From NCBI GenBank assembly GCA_963169855.1, contig CAUJCN010000001.1:81828-145827 (forward strand): 64,000 nucleotides of DNA, written 5' to 3'. The notes under the pieces were generated by a model. That model was not told the origin of the DNA. It worked only from the letters and a program-made list of their open reading frames with translations, and searched no databases. The stretch comes from Patescibacteria group bacterium (GTDB taxonomy: Bacteria > Patescibacteriota > Dojkabacteria > J137). Made by a program: the position numbers and the translations under genes. This document shows, piece after piece, positions 39,506 to 48,194 of this stretch. Every line of letters starts with the position of its first letter. Within the stretch, counting starts at the first letter, position 1.

Positions 39506-42049
39506 TTATAAACTTTCTTCCTTCAATTTCTCAACTTCTTCCGCTAAGATTTCCATGTACAAGGCGTATCCAATTGAAGCAATATGACCACTTTGTTGTT
39601 CTCCAAGAATATTTCCTGCTCCTCGGATTTCTAGGTCTCTACTTGCGATTCTAAATCCCGCTCCTAAATCTTGATTCTCTATTAATGATTCTAGTCTTGC
39701 CACGTACGATTTCTTTTTTTTCTTATCCCGCACTTGATGCGGGATCTTTTCCATTTTATTCATATCTTGATCGTCTAGAGCGTCTCCCCACAATTCCTGA
39801 TCATCTTTGTTTAAATCCTTACCTTTGTAAATCAAGTAACAGTAACCTTGCTTTGTAGATCTTCCAACTCTTCCTCTCAACTGATAAAGTTGAGCTAATC
39901 CAAAGTTCTGGGCTTGGTTCACAACAATCGTATTCACATTTGGTAAATCTAAACCATTCTCAATAATTGTTGTTGCTATCAAAACGTCGTACTTCTTTTC
40001 GTAGAATTCAGTCATAATTCGATCAAGTTCTGCAGGAGCCATTTGTCCGTGAGCAAATGCAAATCTCACTCCAGGAAGTAGGTTTGAAAATTTCTGGTAT
40101 AGAGATTGAATTGTCTGAACAACGTTATGAATAAGAAAAACTTGTCCACCTCGTTCGATTTCTTTCATGATTGCCTGAGTTACCTTACTTACGCTTTCAT
40201 CTTTAACAAGTTCTGTAATCACAGACTTTCTTTGGTAAGGTGGAGTTGTGATAATCGAAATATCTTGAATAGAAGAGAGTGCCATTCCCAAAGTTCTTGG
40301 AATTGGTGTAGCACTTACGGATAACACATGAACTCCATAATTTAGTTGTTTAATCTTTTCTTTTTGCTTAACTCCAAATTTTTGTTCTTCGTCTACAACC
40401 ACTAATTGAAGATTTTTGAATTTAACATCCGAACTTAAAATTCTATGAGTACCTACAACAATATCAAGTTTCCCATCATTCAATTCATCGATGGTTTTAT
40501 TATTTTGAGTTGGACTATTAAATCTGGATAAGAATCCAATTTTGATTGGAAAGTTTTTAAATCTTTCTTTGAACACTTCGAAATGCTGAGCAGTTAAAAC
40601 CGTCGTTGGCGCCAGAACCGCTACCTGTCCACCATTTTCAACGATTTTGAAGCATGCTCTCATCATGACTTCTGTTTTTCCAAAACCAACATCTCCAACC
40701 AATAAACGATTCATTGGGACATCTTTTTCTAAATCTGCAATAATTTCGTTTGCAGATCTAGTCTGGTCTTCTGTATCCGTGAACTTGAAGTCGGCAACAA
40801 ATTTTCTGTACAAATCAGATTCGTCTGAAGAAATTGGTTTTGCCTTGGAAAGTTCTCTTTTTGCATAGTGTTCAACTAATTCCCTTGCCAAAAGTCCTGT
40901 AGATTTTTTAACTTTCTCTTTAACCTCTGCCCAACTTCGCTTTCCCATTCTACTAAGCTTTGGGGGATTTCCTTCCTGGCCAATGAACTTTGTAATTTTC
41001 TCGATCTGACTGATTGGAACTAGTAACTCATCTCCAGCATCGTATTGAAGAAACAAATACTCCATTTCCAGATCGCCAACTTTTTCTTGCTTTAAGCCAT
41101 TGTACAAAGCAATTCCGTAATCTTCGTGAACAACATAATCTCCAATTTCGATATTTCCTTCAAACTGTCTTAATAATTTCTGAATATTTCCATTAAACTT
41201 TTTTGTTCTTTCCGGTCTAGTTAAGAAAATCGTTCCGTAGATTTCTCTGTCAGTGAAGTAAGAAAACTTGAACCACTTTGATTCAAAACCTGCCGCTGGA
41301 AGTTTTTCAGTAATATTTTTGAAGAAACTTTCAATCCAGTAGTTTTTAGTCTCTGGAATCTCGACCTTAGGTTTCTTATAGCCTTCAGAATTAATTACAA
41401 CCTGATATCCGTTTCCTTTGAGTCTTTCGATTTCTTTATCGAACAAATCATTATTCGAATAAAATAGCTGAGGTAAAACAAAGTCAGTATTTAAGAATTC
41501 AACATTGGATAGTCCTGAAATTGCGGAAACTGTATAGATCACTTTTTTAAGCTCTGAGCCCTGAGTTGCGAGTAGAGAGTTCTCTATTTTCGGTTTCTGA
41601 TATTCGAATTTCGTGCTTCGATCTTGTATAGCTATATTTTCTACATCACTCTTATCTGCAAGCGGTGCGTATCCTAGAACTACTGAATTTACATCAACTA
41701 TTTTCTTTTTAAAAATGAAGTCTACTAGATATGCTTTTTCGACATCATCGCCAAAGAATTCTAATCTTACAGGATTTTTATACCCAACAGGCCAAAACGT
41801 AAAAACGTCTCCTTTTAATGAATACTCCAATCTTTCTGTAACTTCCTCAACTCTTTTAAATTTATAATCCGCAATATACTGAAGAACTTTCGAATATTTG
41901 ATATTTGATATCTGAATTTCTTCGGTCGAGGAAATGTAGTTAAAAACTTCTTGCGAGAAGTATGGTGATGAAATTATAAGATCTGCAGAATCACCGAAAA
42001 ATTCGGCAAGGTGGGGTAATGTTTTTATAATCGTGACTTTCGAGCCCAT
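39506..42049 (-). CDS. mfd: Transcription-repair coupling factor Mfd, compact form apparently lacking the C-terminal TRCF domain
   Basis: GDYVVHEDYGI (CarD-like RID), GDVGFGKTEV, DEEQKFG, SATPIPRTL, QLRGRVGR, RDLEIRGAGNILG..QSG. Confidence 0.93.
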   Translation of the reverse strand: MGSKVTIIKTLPHLAEFFGDSADLIISSPYFSQEVFNYISSTEEIQISNIKYSKVLQYIADYKFKRVEEVTERLEYSLKGDVFTFWPVGYKNPVRLEFFGDDVEKAYLVDFIFKKKIVDVNSVVLGYAPLADKSDVENIAIQDRSTKFEYQKPKIENSLLATQGSELKKVIYTVSAISGLSNVEFLNTDFVLPQLFYSNNDLFDKEIERLKGNGYQVVINSEGYKKPKVEIPETKNYWIESFFKNITEKLPAAGFESKWFKFSYFTDREIYGTIFLTRPERTKKFNGNIQKLLRQFEGNIEIGDYVVHEDYGIALYNGLKQEKVGDLEMEYLFLQYDAGDELLVPISQIEKITKFIGQEGNPPKLSRMGKRSWAEVKEKVKKSTGLLARELVEHYAKRELSKAKPISSDESDLYRKFVADFKFTDTEDQTRSANEIIADLEKDVPMNRLLVGDVGFGKTEVMMRACFKIVENGGQVAVLAPTTVLTAQHFEVFKERFKNFPIKIGFLSRFNSPTQNNKTIDELNDGKLDIVVGTHRILSSDVKFKNLQLVVVDEEQKFGVKQKEKIKQLNYGVHVLSVSATPIPRTLGMALSSIQDISIITTPPYQRKSVITELVKDESVSKVTQAIMKEIERGGQVFLIHNVVQTIQSLYQKFSNLLPGVRFAFAHGQMAPAELDRIMTEFYEKKYDVLIATTIIENGLDLPNVNTIVVNQAQNFGLAQLYQLRGRVGRSTKQGYCYLIYKGKDLNKDDQELWGDALDDQDMNKMEKIPHQVRDKKKKKSYVARLESLIENQDLGAGFRIASRDLEIRGAGNILGEQQSGHIASIGYALYMEILAEEVEKLKEESL
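39725..39745. repeat. GC-rich palindrome inside mfd
   Basis: ATCCCGCA-CTTGA-TGCGGGAT perfect 8-bp stem; translates as IPHQVRD. Confidence 0.7.
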
Positions 42050-42100
42050 GATTGAGCTTATATTTTAACACTTTTGGCTATATTATGAAACTATAGGATA

Positions 42101-42778
42101 TCAAGATTCTTCGTCTGTAGGGTTTTCAAGCTCGTGAATTCTTAAGTTTACCTGATCGAGGTGATTTTGAAGCGATTGAGGATTAAGAACAATATTTGAG
42201 TTTAGAATTCGATTGATTACTTTTCTAATTCTTTTTAAGTATTGAAGGATAGTTTTTACATCCGTCATACCTTCAATGTAAATGGTTCTTTCTTTCAATC
42301 TGTTTAAAAGCTTTCCTTTCTCAAAAAGATTAGAATTCACAGATGCGTATAAGTCATTAATAATTTGAATCATTTCTTGACTGACATCTGGATTTTCAAT
42401 ATGTTTACCTTGTCGTGTCTTATTAAGTTCATCTGGAATAACATACGATAGTCTGAGCCTTATTCTATCTAAATCTTCCAGAAAAGAAGATACAGTATCC
42501 TCGCAGGGATTAAGCAATCCATTTGCGGAGGATATCAGCCTTGTCAAATTTCTAATTCCCTGACTGAGTAGGGCAGGCTTAGCAATAAGAATATCATCCG
42601 CAATATTCGTAAGAGATTCCAGAAACTCTGGCATCTTCGGATTCGGATTAGATCTAAGGCATTGCACTAAGTGCATTACCCGTTGATCTAGTTGTCCGCG
42701 AAGTTGGATAATGTTTACTCCTGAAAGTTCATCATTAGCCAGCATTTCGTAATTTGTAGCTTCTGGAAGTTCTGACAT
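42101..42778 (-). CDS. Hypothetical protein (helical-looking)
   Basis: 225-aa ORF; 1-nt stop/start overlap with the upstream gene. Confidence 0.7.
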   Translation of the reverse strand: MSELPEATNYEMLANDELSGVNIIQLRGQLDQRVMHLVQCLRSNPNPKMPEFLESLTNIADDILIAKPALLSQGIRNLTRLISSANGLLNPCEDTVSSFLEDLDRIRLRLSYVIPDELNKTRQGKHIENPDVSQEMIQIINDLYASVNSNLFEKGKLLNRLKERTIYIEGMTDVKTILQYLKRIRKVINRILNSNIVLNPQSLQNHLDQVNLRIHELENPTDEES

Positions 42779-43209
42779 TACGCTTCTTCCGTAGATGGAG
42801 CTGTCTCAGCACCGAAAACTCCTTCAGCGTAAGACATTTCAAAAGAAGAAGTAAACCCAGCTTCTATAAGTCTATCTATAAATGTTTCTAATACTAGAGC
42901 AAAATCTTCAGAGAATCCTTTGATTATTCCAAACCCTTCTTCATCGGTAAAGAATCCTATTTTGCCCGGTAAAGCTTCTTTCAAAGCAGTTGCTAAATCA
43001 ATAGGATTATTTGTTGATGATAGGATGGTTTCGAATTCTCTTTTAACACTTTCTGCATAGTTCGCTGCTGTATTGAGTTCTTTTCCTGCCTGCAGTTCTG
43101 CATTTGCAAGCGTCTCTTCTACACTTGTCCAAAAATCGTTGAAAGCTACTACAATGTCCTCGTATGTCGGTAATTGTTGCTCGAATTCTGTATCTAATTG
43201 ATCTGTCAT
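42778..43209 (-). CDS. Acidic hypothetical protein
   Basis: 143-aa ORF, translationally coupled to the next gene. Confidence 0.7.
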   Translation of the reverse strand: MTDQLDTEFEQQLPTYEDIVVAFNDFWTSVEETLANAELQAGKELNTAANYAESVKREFETILSSTNNPIDLATALKEALPGKIGFFTDEEGFGIIKGFSEDFALVLETFIDRLIEAGFTSSFEMSYAEGVFGAETAPSTEEA

Positions 43210-43240
43210 AAATTAAAAATAATTAAATAAAATTTTTGTA

Positions 43241-44152
43241 TTACGATTCTACTACTTCGACACCCAAAACTTGAAGTGTTAATTCCAAATCTTTTGTATA
43301 CAAATCCAGCAGAGGGAGCAGATTAACTTTGTATACAGGGTTTGCTTCATTTCCTAATTTAGCAAACCCTCTTCTAATCTTCCTTTGGCTGCGCTGTAAG
43401 TTACTATGATCTTTCGCTTTATCCATAAGATTGTATAAGTCTCTGAGTATACTTTTATCGGAATGCGAGTTTAGTACATCAGGTATTACTCGAACTAGAG
43501 CGTCTATCTTTCTCTTCCAAAGAGAAACCATTTGTATAGTAGAATCTTTTGCATTTATTATTTCTATTTTATCTGACAAATCATTTACGTACTGTACTAA
43601 CCGTATCACTGAAGCTGAAACCGACCCCCTTCCATTTGCAGTTTTATCATATTGATACTTTCTTAGATTCCTTATTAAAATCTTTAGAGTATCTTCCAAC
43701 TTTCTGGTATCTTCTACACTTTCTAAAGTTATTAATCTTAGTTCTAATGATGATTTTAAAGAATACTCTTCATCTCCTTCGCTATCCTTAATAGAAAGAA
43801 TTGTGCTTCTAATTCCAAGATCCAAAACTTTTTTAGTTGTTTCTAAATCGAAAACTTGTTGTTCAGAAACTTCTGTCCTTTGAGACTTGAGTGTAACATC
43901 CAAATTAAATTGTTTTTTTCCACCCAAATCCTTATATCGTTTTTCTATATGAATTATTGCTCTTCTGCAGTATTCTGCTAGTTCCACATCTCCACATTCG
44001 GCACCAAATTCTCTAATGCCTATAATAAGATCTTCAACTGAATTTAATACATCGTCATGAACATAGCTTGAAGTAGTGCGAAGATCTATTAGAAGTGGGT
44101 CAACTAGCATGTCAAACTTTTCTTTAAGATCAACAGGGATCTTTAATTTCAA
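43241..44152 (-). CDS. Hypothetical protein (TTG start, or frameshifted continuation of 44149..44319)
   Basis: 303-aa ORF; TTGA overlap with the upstream small ORF. Confidence 0.6.
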   Translation of the reverse strand: MKLKIPVDLKEKFDMLVDPLLIDLRTTSSYVHDDVLNSVEDLIIGIREFGAECGDVELAEYCRRAIIHIEKRYKDLGGKKQFNLDVTLKSQRTEVSEQQVFDLETTKKVLDLGIRSTILSIKDSEGDEEYSLKSSLELRLITLESVEDTRKLEDTLKILIRNLRKYQYDKTANGRGSVSASVIRLVQYVNDLSDKIEIINAKDSTIQMVSLWKRKIDALVRVIPDVLNSHSDKSILRDLYNLMDKAKDHSNLQRSQRKIRRGFAKLGNEANPVYKVNLLPLLDLYTKDLELTLQVLGVEVVES

Positions 44153-44319
44153 CTCCTGAATTTTTCTAAAGCTTCTCTTACTCTTAGTTGCTTTGAATTA
44201 TCTGCTGCTCGTAAATCCGCATTTTGAAATAAAAGATACAAGATAACTGTTGCGATTCCAGATGCTGCACTAAGTAAAGTGAACGATCTTCGATCAAGTA
44301 GTAAATCTTTGTCCGGCAT
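44149..44319 (-). CDS. Unannotated 56-aa ORF with hydrophobic segment
   Basis: MPDKDLLLDRRSFTLLSAASGIATVILYLLFQNADLRAADNSKQLRVREALEKFRS*; fills the gap between two genes. Confidence 0.6.
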   Translation of the reverse strand: MPDKDLLLDRRSFTLLSAASGIATVILYLLFQNADLRAADNSKQLRVREALEKFRS

Positions 44320-44337
44320 AGAAATTTATTAATATAA

Positions 44338-44799
44338 TTATTGTTCAGTTTGATTATTTAAATGCTCGAATTCTCCAGTAAAAGTTTTTCCTCGAAACCC
44401 ATTGCTTGCAAGAAATTTTGCTACAGTGTTATAGAATCCTGTCGAATAGTCTGAGACGTCTTCTCCACCGTCTTCGCTCAACACACCATTAAATCTAGCT
44501 CTACTTATGAAGCTTGATGCTAAGTGGTATAGTTTAACCGCAATTAGTAACTGTGCATCTTTTTCTGTAACTTTTTTAATCTCGTTCACATGTTCATCTG
44601 CTTCTCTTAATATCACCATCAGTTCTTCATACGCTGGATGACTCGAAAATTCATTTATGAATTCTAATGCCAGACCATTAAAATTTTCTGTTAGCTTCTC
44701 TAAATTTAATTCACTGATATCTGCAATAGTTTCTGCTCTTCCAAGTTTTCTTGCGAGCTTAGTTAAGGGATGAATAATTGCATTAGAAAGTCTTTGCAT
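44338..44799 (-). CDS. Hypothetical protein
   Basis: ATG start at MQRLS; the upstream in-frame extension overlaps the promoter/repeat. Confidence 0.65.
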   Translation of the reverse strand: MQRLSNAIIHPLTKLARKLGRAETIADISELNLEKLTENFNGLALEFINEFSSHPAYEELMVILREADEHVNEIKKVTEKDAQLLIAVKLYHLASSFISRARFNGVLSEDGGEDVSDYSTGFYNTVAKFLASNGFRGKTFTGEFEHLNNQTEQ

Positions 44800-44830
44800 T
44801 TTACAAAAGTAAAAGTTATTGAGGGAGTTA

Positions 44831-44958
44831 TAACATGTACTTTGATCGTTTTTCAATTGGCATGTTGAAAGCAAGTTCTATGCTTGTTTCCAGAGACTAT
44901 TTCAAGCTTTGCTTTTAACATGTACTTTGATCGTTTTTCAATTGGCATGTTGAAAGCA
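44831..44958. repeat. Exact 43-bp direct repeat (44831-44873 and 44916-44958) separated by a unique 42-bp spacer
   Basis: TAACATGTACTTTGATCGTTTTTCAATTGGCATGTTGAAAGCA occurs twice. Confidence 0.95.
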
Positions 44959-44965
44959 TTGCTCC

Positions 44966-44991
44966 AAAAAGAATCCCGGCTTTCGCCGGGA
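44966..44991 (-). terminator. Rho-independent terminator of typA
   Basis: Minus strand TCCCGGC-GAAA-GCCGGGA-TTCTTTTT. Confidence 0.85.
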
Positions 44992-45025
44992 CTAAAATCA
45001 ATTTTATCGAATTACTTATATACGA

Positions 45026-46927
45026 TTAACCAGCCCCCATTTGCTTCTTAGCAAAGTCAGTTAAGTTATCTCGTTTGCTCCAGTTTCTTTCATTCTTAGT
45101 TAAGTAAGCTTTTCTAAGTCTTAAGTTCTGTGGAGTAACTTCTAGAATCTCGTCTCCTCCGATAAATACTAAAGCGAATTCTAAAGTTAATGTCTTGATT
45201 GATTTCAAAGACGTCTGGGTAATTTCATCGTGCTTCATTCTAACTCCAGATTTTGCTCTTTCTTTAACTGGATTAACGTCCAAATCATCATCGTATTTGT
45301 TGATTCCTAAAATCATTCCTTCGTAAACGGCCGATCCAGGTTCAATAATCAATTCTCCTCTTTCTTGAATAGTATTTAAAGAATAACCCATTGCAGTTCC
45401 TGCATCAGTAGAAATCAAAACTCCCTTTCTGTACATTTCTGGTTGAACAGTATAAGGAACGTAACCCAACATAAAGCTGTTCATTACTAAGTTTCCTTTT
45501 GTAAGGTTAATTAGTACGTTTCTTAAACCTAATAAGTTTCTTGTTAAGATTTTGTATGTAAATCTAGTGTTCCCATTTTCGATTTCCATGTTCAAAAGTT
45601 CTCCTCTTCTTTCGGATAGAGTAGAAGTAACAGCTCCGTTGTAAGCTTCTGGAACATCAACAGTAAGTTCTTCCAAAGGTTCCATTTTCTTTCCATCTTC
45701 TTCGATCATTAGAACTTCTGGTCTTCTGATCTGGAATTCAAATCCTTCTCTTCTTAAAGTTTCAATCAGAATTGTTAACTGTAATTCTCCTCTTCCAGCA
45801 ACGTAATAAGCTCCTCCGTCTCCTTTTGTAATTTTTAGAGAAATGTTTGTTTCCGCTTCTTTATCCAGACGTTGTTGAAGTTGTTTAGCAGTAACAAATT
45901 TTCCTTCCTTTCCAACAAGTGGAGAAGTATTTGCTTCGAATTTAATCTGAACAGTTGGTTCTGAAATTTTGATCTTAGGTAAAGCTTCTGGTTTAGAAGA
46001 AATACATAGAGTTCCTCCGATAGCAGTTGAATCGATTCCAACAACAATTGCAATATCACCAGCTATGATTTCGTTTACAGGTACTAATGTTAAACCTTCT
46101 CTAGTATAAAGATTCTTAACTCTTCCAGATTCTTGTTTATCTCCATTTAACACAACTACAGAATCTCCAACTTTTACAGTTCCTCGTTTTACTTTTCCAA
46201 CTAACATTCTTCCCTGATAAGTATCGTATTCTAAAGATGAAATCAACATCTGTAGTGGTTCGGTTTTATTTCCAACTGGGTGTGGAACGTGAGCCACAAT
46301 TGCATCAAGCAAAGGTTGAATTGTTGCTTCTGGAGCTACAAAGTCATCGCTCATTCCTCGATCAAGCTCATCTTGAACTTCCTTTGGCATTTCCGCCCAA
46401 ACTTTTCCTTCTCTTGCAATTGCATAGAAAACTGGGAAATCAAGCTGAGATTCATCTGTAGCTAAGTTTAGGAATAAATCAGTTACTAAGTTTAATACTT
46501 TCTTAGGATTTGAGAATTTCTTATCAATCTTGTTAATAACAACAATTGGTTTTAATCCTAATTCAAAAGCCTTCTTTAAAACGAATTTTGTTTGAGGCAT
46601 TGGTCCTTCCTGAGCGTCTACTAATAGTAAACATCCATCTGCCATGTTTAAAGTTCTTTCAACTTCTCCTCCAAAATCTGCGTGGCCAGGTGTATCAACG
46701 ATGTTAATCTTATATTCTCCGTAATTAATAGAGATGTTTTTTGCTTTGATTGTGATACCTTTTTCTCTTTCTAAGTCTCCTGAGTCCAGAATCATTTGTT
46801 GATTCATTTCATCCTGATTGTCTCTAAAAATGTGACTCTGTTTTAAGAATCCATCAACAAGGGTAGTTTTACCGTGGTCTACGTGAGCGATAATTGCGAT
46901 ATTTCTTATTTTTGTCTGATCCTGCAT
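45026..46927 (-). CDS. typA: Translational GTPase TypA/BipA
   Basis: IAHVDHGKTTLVD, EREKGITI.AKN, DTPGHADFGGEVER, GPMPQT, GRGELQL, EVTP..LRLRK. Confidence 0.97.
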   Translation of the reverse strand: MQDQTKIRNIAIIAHVDHGKTTLVDGFLKQSHIFRDNQDEMNQQMILDSGDLEREKGITIKAKNISINYGEYKINIVDTPGHADFGGEVERTLNMADGCLLLVDAQEGPMPQTKFVLKKAFELGLKPIVVINKIDKKFSNPKKVLNLVTDLFLNLATDESQLDFPVFYAIAREGKVWAEMPKEVQDELDRGMSDDFVAPEATIQPLLDAIVAHVPHPVGNKTEPLQMLISSLEYDTYQGRMLVGKVKRGTVKVGDSVVVLNGDKQESGRVKNLYTREGLTLVPVNEIIAGDIAIVVGIDSTAIGGTLCISSKPEALPKIKISEPTVQIKFEANTSPLVGKEGKFVTAKQLQQRLDKEAETNISLKITKGDGGAYYVAGRGELQLTILIETLRREGFEFQIRRPEVLMIEEDGKKMEPLEELTVDVPEAYNGAVTSTLSERRGELLNMEIENGNTRFTYKILTRNLLGLRNVLINLTKGNLVMNSFMLGYVPYTVQPEMYRKGVLISTDAGTAMGYSLNTIQERGELIIEPGSAVYEGMILGINKYDDDLDVNPVKERAKSGVRMKHDEITQTSLKSIKTLTLEFALVFIGGDEILEVTPQNLRLRKAYLTKNERNWSKRDNLTDFAKKQMGAG

Positions 46928-47124
46928 AATAGTAATTCTAATTTCTAAGATTTGTGCTTAGCCAATATCACAAGCGTTTCCATGGATGAAGGCTGAGAAT
47001 TATATCAATAAATGATACCTTTTACTATCCTATAGTGAATATTTAAGCCAATTTCAGAGATTAGAAACAAAAGTGTTGCCGAGAGGCGGTGTCAGCTATG
47101 TAATAGAGTAGTTATCACATAATA

Positions 47125-47586
47125 ATGACAGAACAAGTCAAAGAACTCTCTCCAAATCAAGCTTTCCTATCGAGAATCGATGCTCAAATAACTTCAGAAA
47201 TGCTTAAAGTCCGACAAATTATGAGCATTACTGCTGAAGAAGATTTTAAGGATAGAATAGCCTTCAGATTGGCAAATCTAAAAAATCTAGAATCTCTTAA
47301 GAACTTTGCTCTAGCTTGTCCTGATGAATTCGATTCTAGCCTAACTAGAGTAAAATCAATCGTAAACGAAGCTATCGACGTTTCTGCAGATCTAACCTTC
47401 GAAGACCATAGACCAGAGGATGTTATTGAAGAGTACAGAGGTAAGATTGAAAAACTAATAGCTGAAGTGGACGTATCCATATCGAAGCAAATCGTAACAC
47501 TACTAAATATTTGTTTAAAAGAACGCGGAATTATGGGTACACAGGAAAGGGTAATTAGAAGATTTTTGAAGAATTACGATTTGTAG
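47125..47586 (+). CDS. Hypothetical protein
   Basis: 153-aa ORF preceded by TTGCCG-17-TGTAAT (47076-47104). Confidence 0.7.
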   Translation: MTEQVKELSPNQAFLSRIDAQITSEMLKVRQIMSITAEEDFKDRIAFRLANLKNLESLKNFALACPDEFDSSLTRVKSIVNEAIDVSADLTFEDHRPEDVIEEYRGKIEKLIAEVDVSISKQIVTLLNICLKERGIMGTQERVIRRFLKNYDL

Positions 47587-47593
47587 TTAAGCA

Positions 47594-47622
47594 TTGCTCA
47601 TATTACATAACCACGATATAAT
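47594..47622 (+). promoter_or_regulatory. Sigma70-type promoter
   Basis: TTGCTC-17 nt-TATAAT. Confidence 0.6.
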
Positions 47623-47642
47623 TAGATAGTTACAAAAACACT

Positions 47643-48134
47643 ATGAACACTCTTCCGAAAGCTCCAACAGACAACTCTTTATTCGAAAACCGCTCAAGAC
47701 ACGAAATTCCTTCAGATCCTGAATATAAAGAAAAAACTGCAAGATTTGGAAAATTTGCTCACTTTATAGATTTAAGCGAAGTAAAGGCACAGGTTGCACC
47801 AGAACACTTAGCTTGTTTAGAGGAAATAGAATCAAAAATGAAAGACATTCTTTGCCATAGCCAAACTATCGAAAGATTCACAAGATCAACTCAGAATAGA
47901 GGAATCTTTGCAGTTTCGGATGCCGTTGATCTTTTACTAAGAAATTTTAAAATGACATTAATAGACGCTCCAATCAGCGATGCAGTTCTAGTGAAAGTCT
48001 ACAACACTCTTTTACAGCAATCAGCTGAAGTTTTTAGAGCAGCTGGTTTTCACATAGCACTTGGATCTTCAGTAGGATCTTCCAGAAAGTTCGACATGAT
48101 TTTACATGCGAGAAGAAAGGCTGCAGAGCAATAA
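47643..48134 (+). CDS. Hypothetical protein
   Basis: 163-aa ORF with its own promoter. Confidence 0.7.
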   Translation: MNTLPKAPTDNSLFENRSRHEIPSDPEYKEKTARFGKFAHFIDLSEVKAQVAPEHLACLEEIESKMKDILCHSQTIERFTRSTQNRGIFAVSDAVDLLLRNFKMTLIDAPISDAVLVKVYNTLLQQSAEVFRAAGFHIALGSSVGSSRKFDMILHARRKAAEQ

Positions 48135-48143
48135 GTATAATTG

Positions 48144-48172
48144 TTGCCAGAAGAGGATACCAGAGCTATAAT
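48144..48172 (+). promoter_or_regulatory. Sigma70-type promoter
   Basis: TTGCCA-17 nt-TATAAT. Confidence 0.65.
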
Positions 48173-48194
48173 CGGGCATAATTAACAATAAAAT

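Noticed and set aside
44831-44958. Calling the two-copy repeat a CRISPR array
   Set aside because: Only two repeats, no cas genes, and a competing promoter explanation; kept as a repeat feature and a finding
46945-46983. Short upstream ORF METLVILAKHKS before typA
   Set aside because: No amino-acid bias or associated structure seen; likely chance
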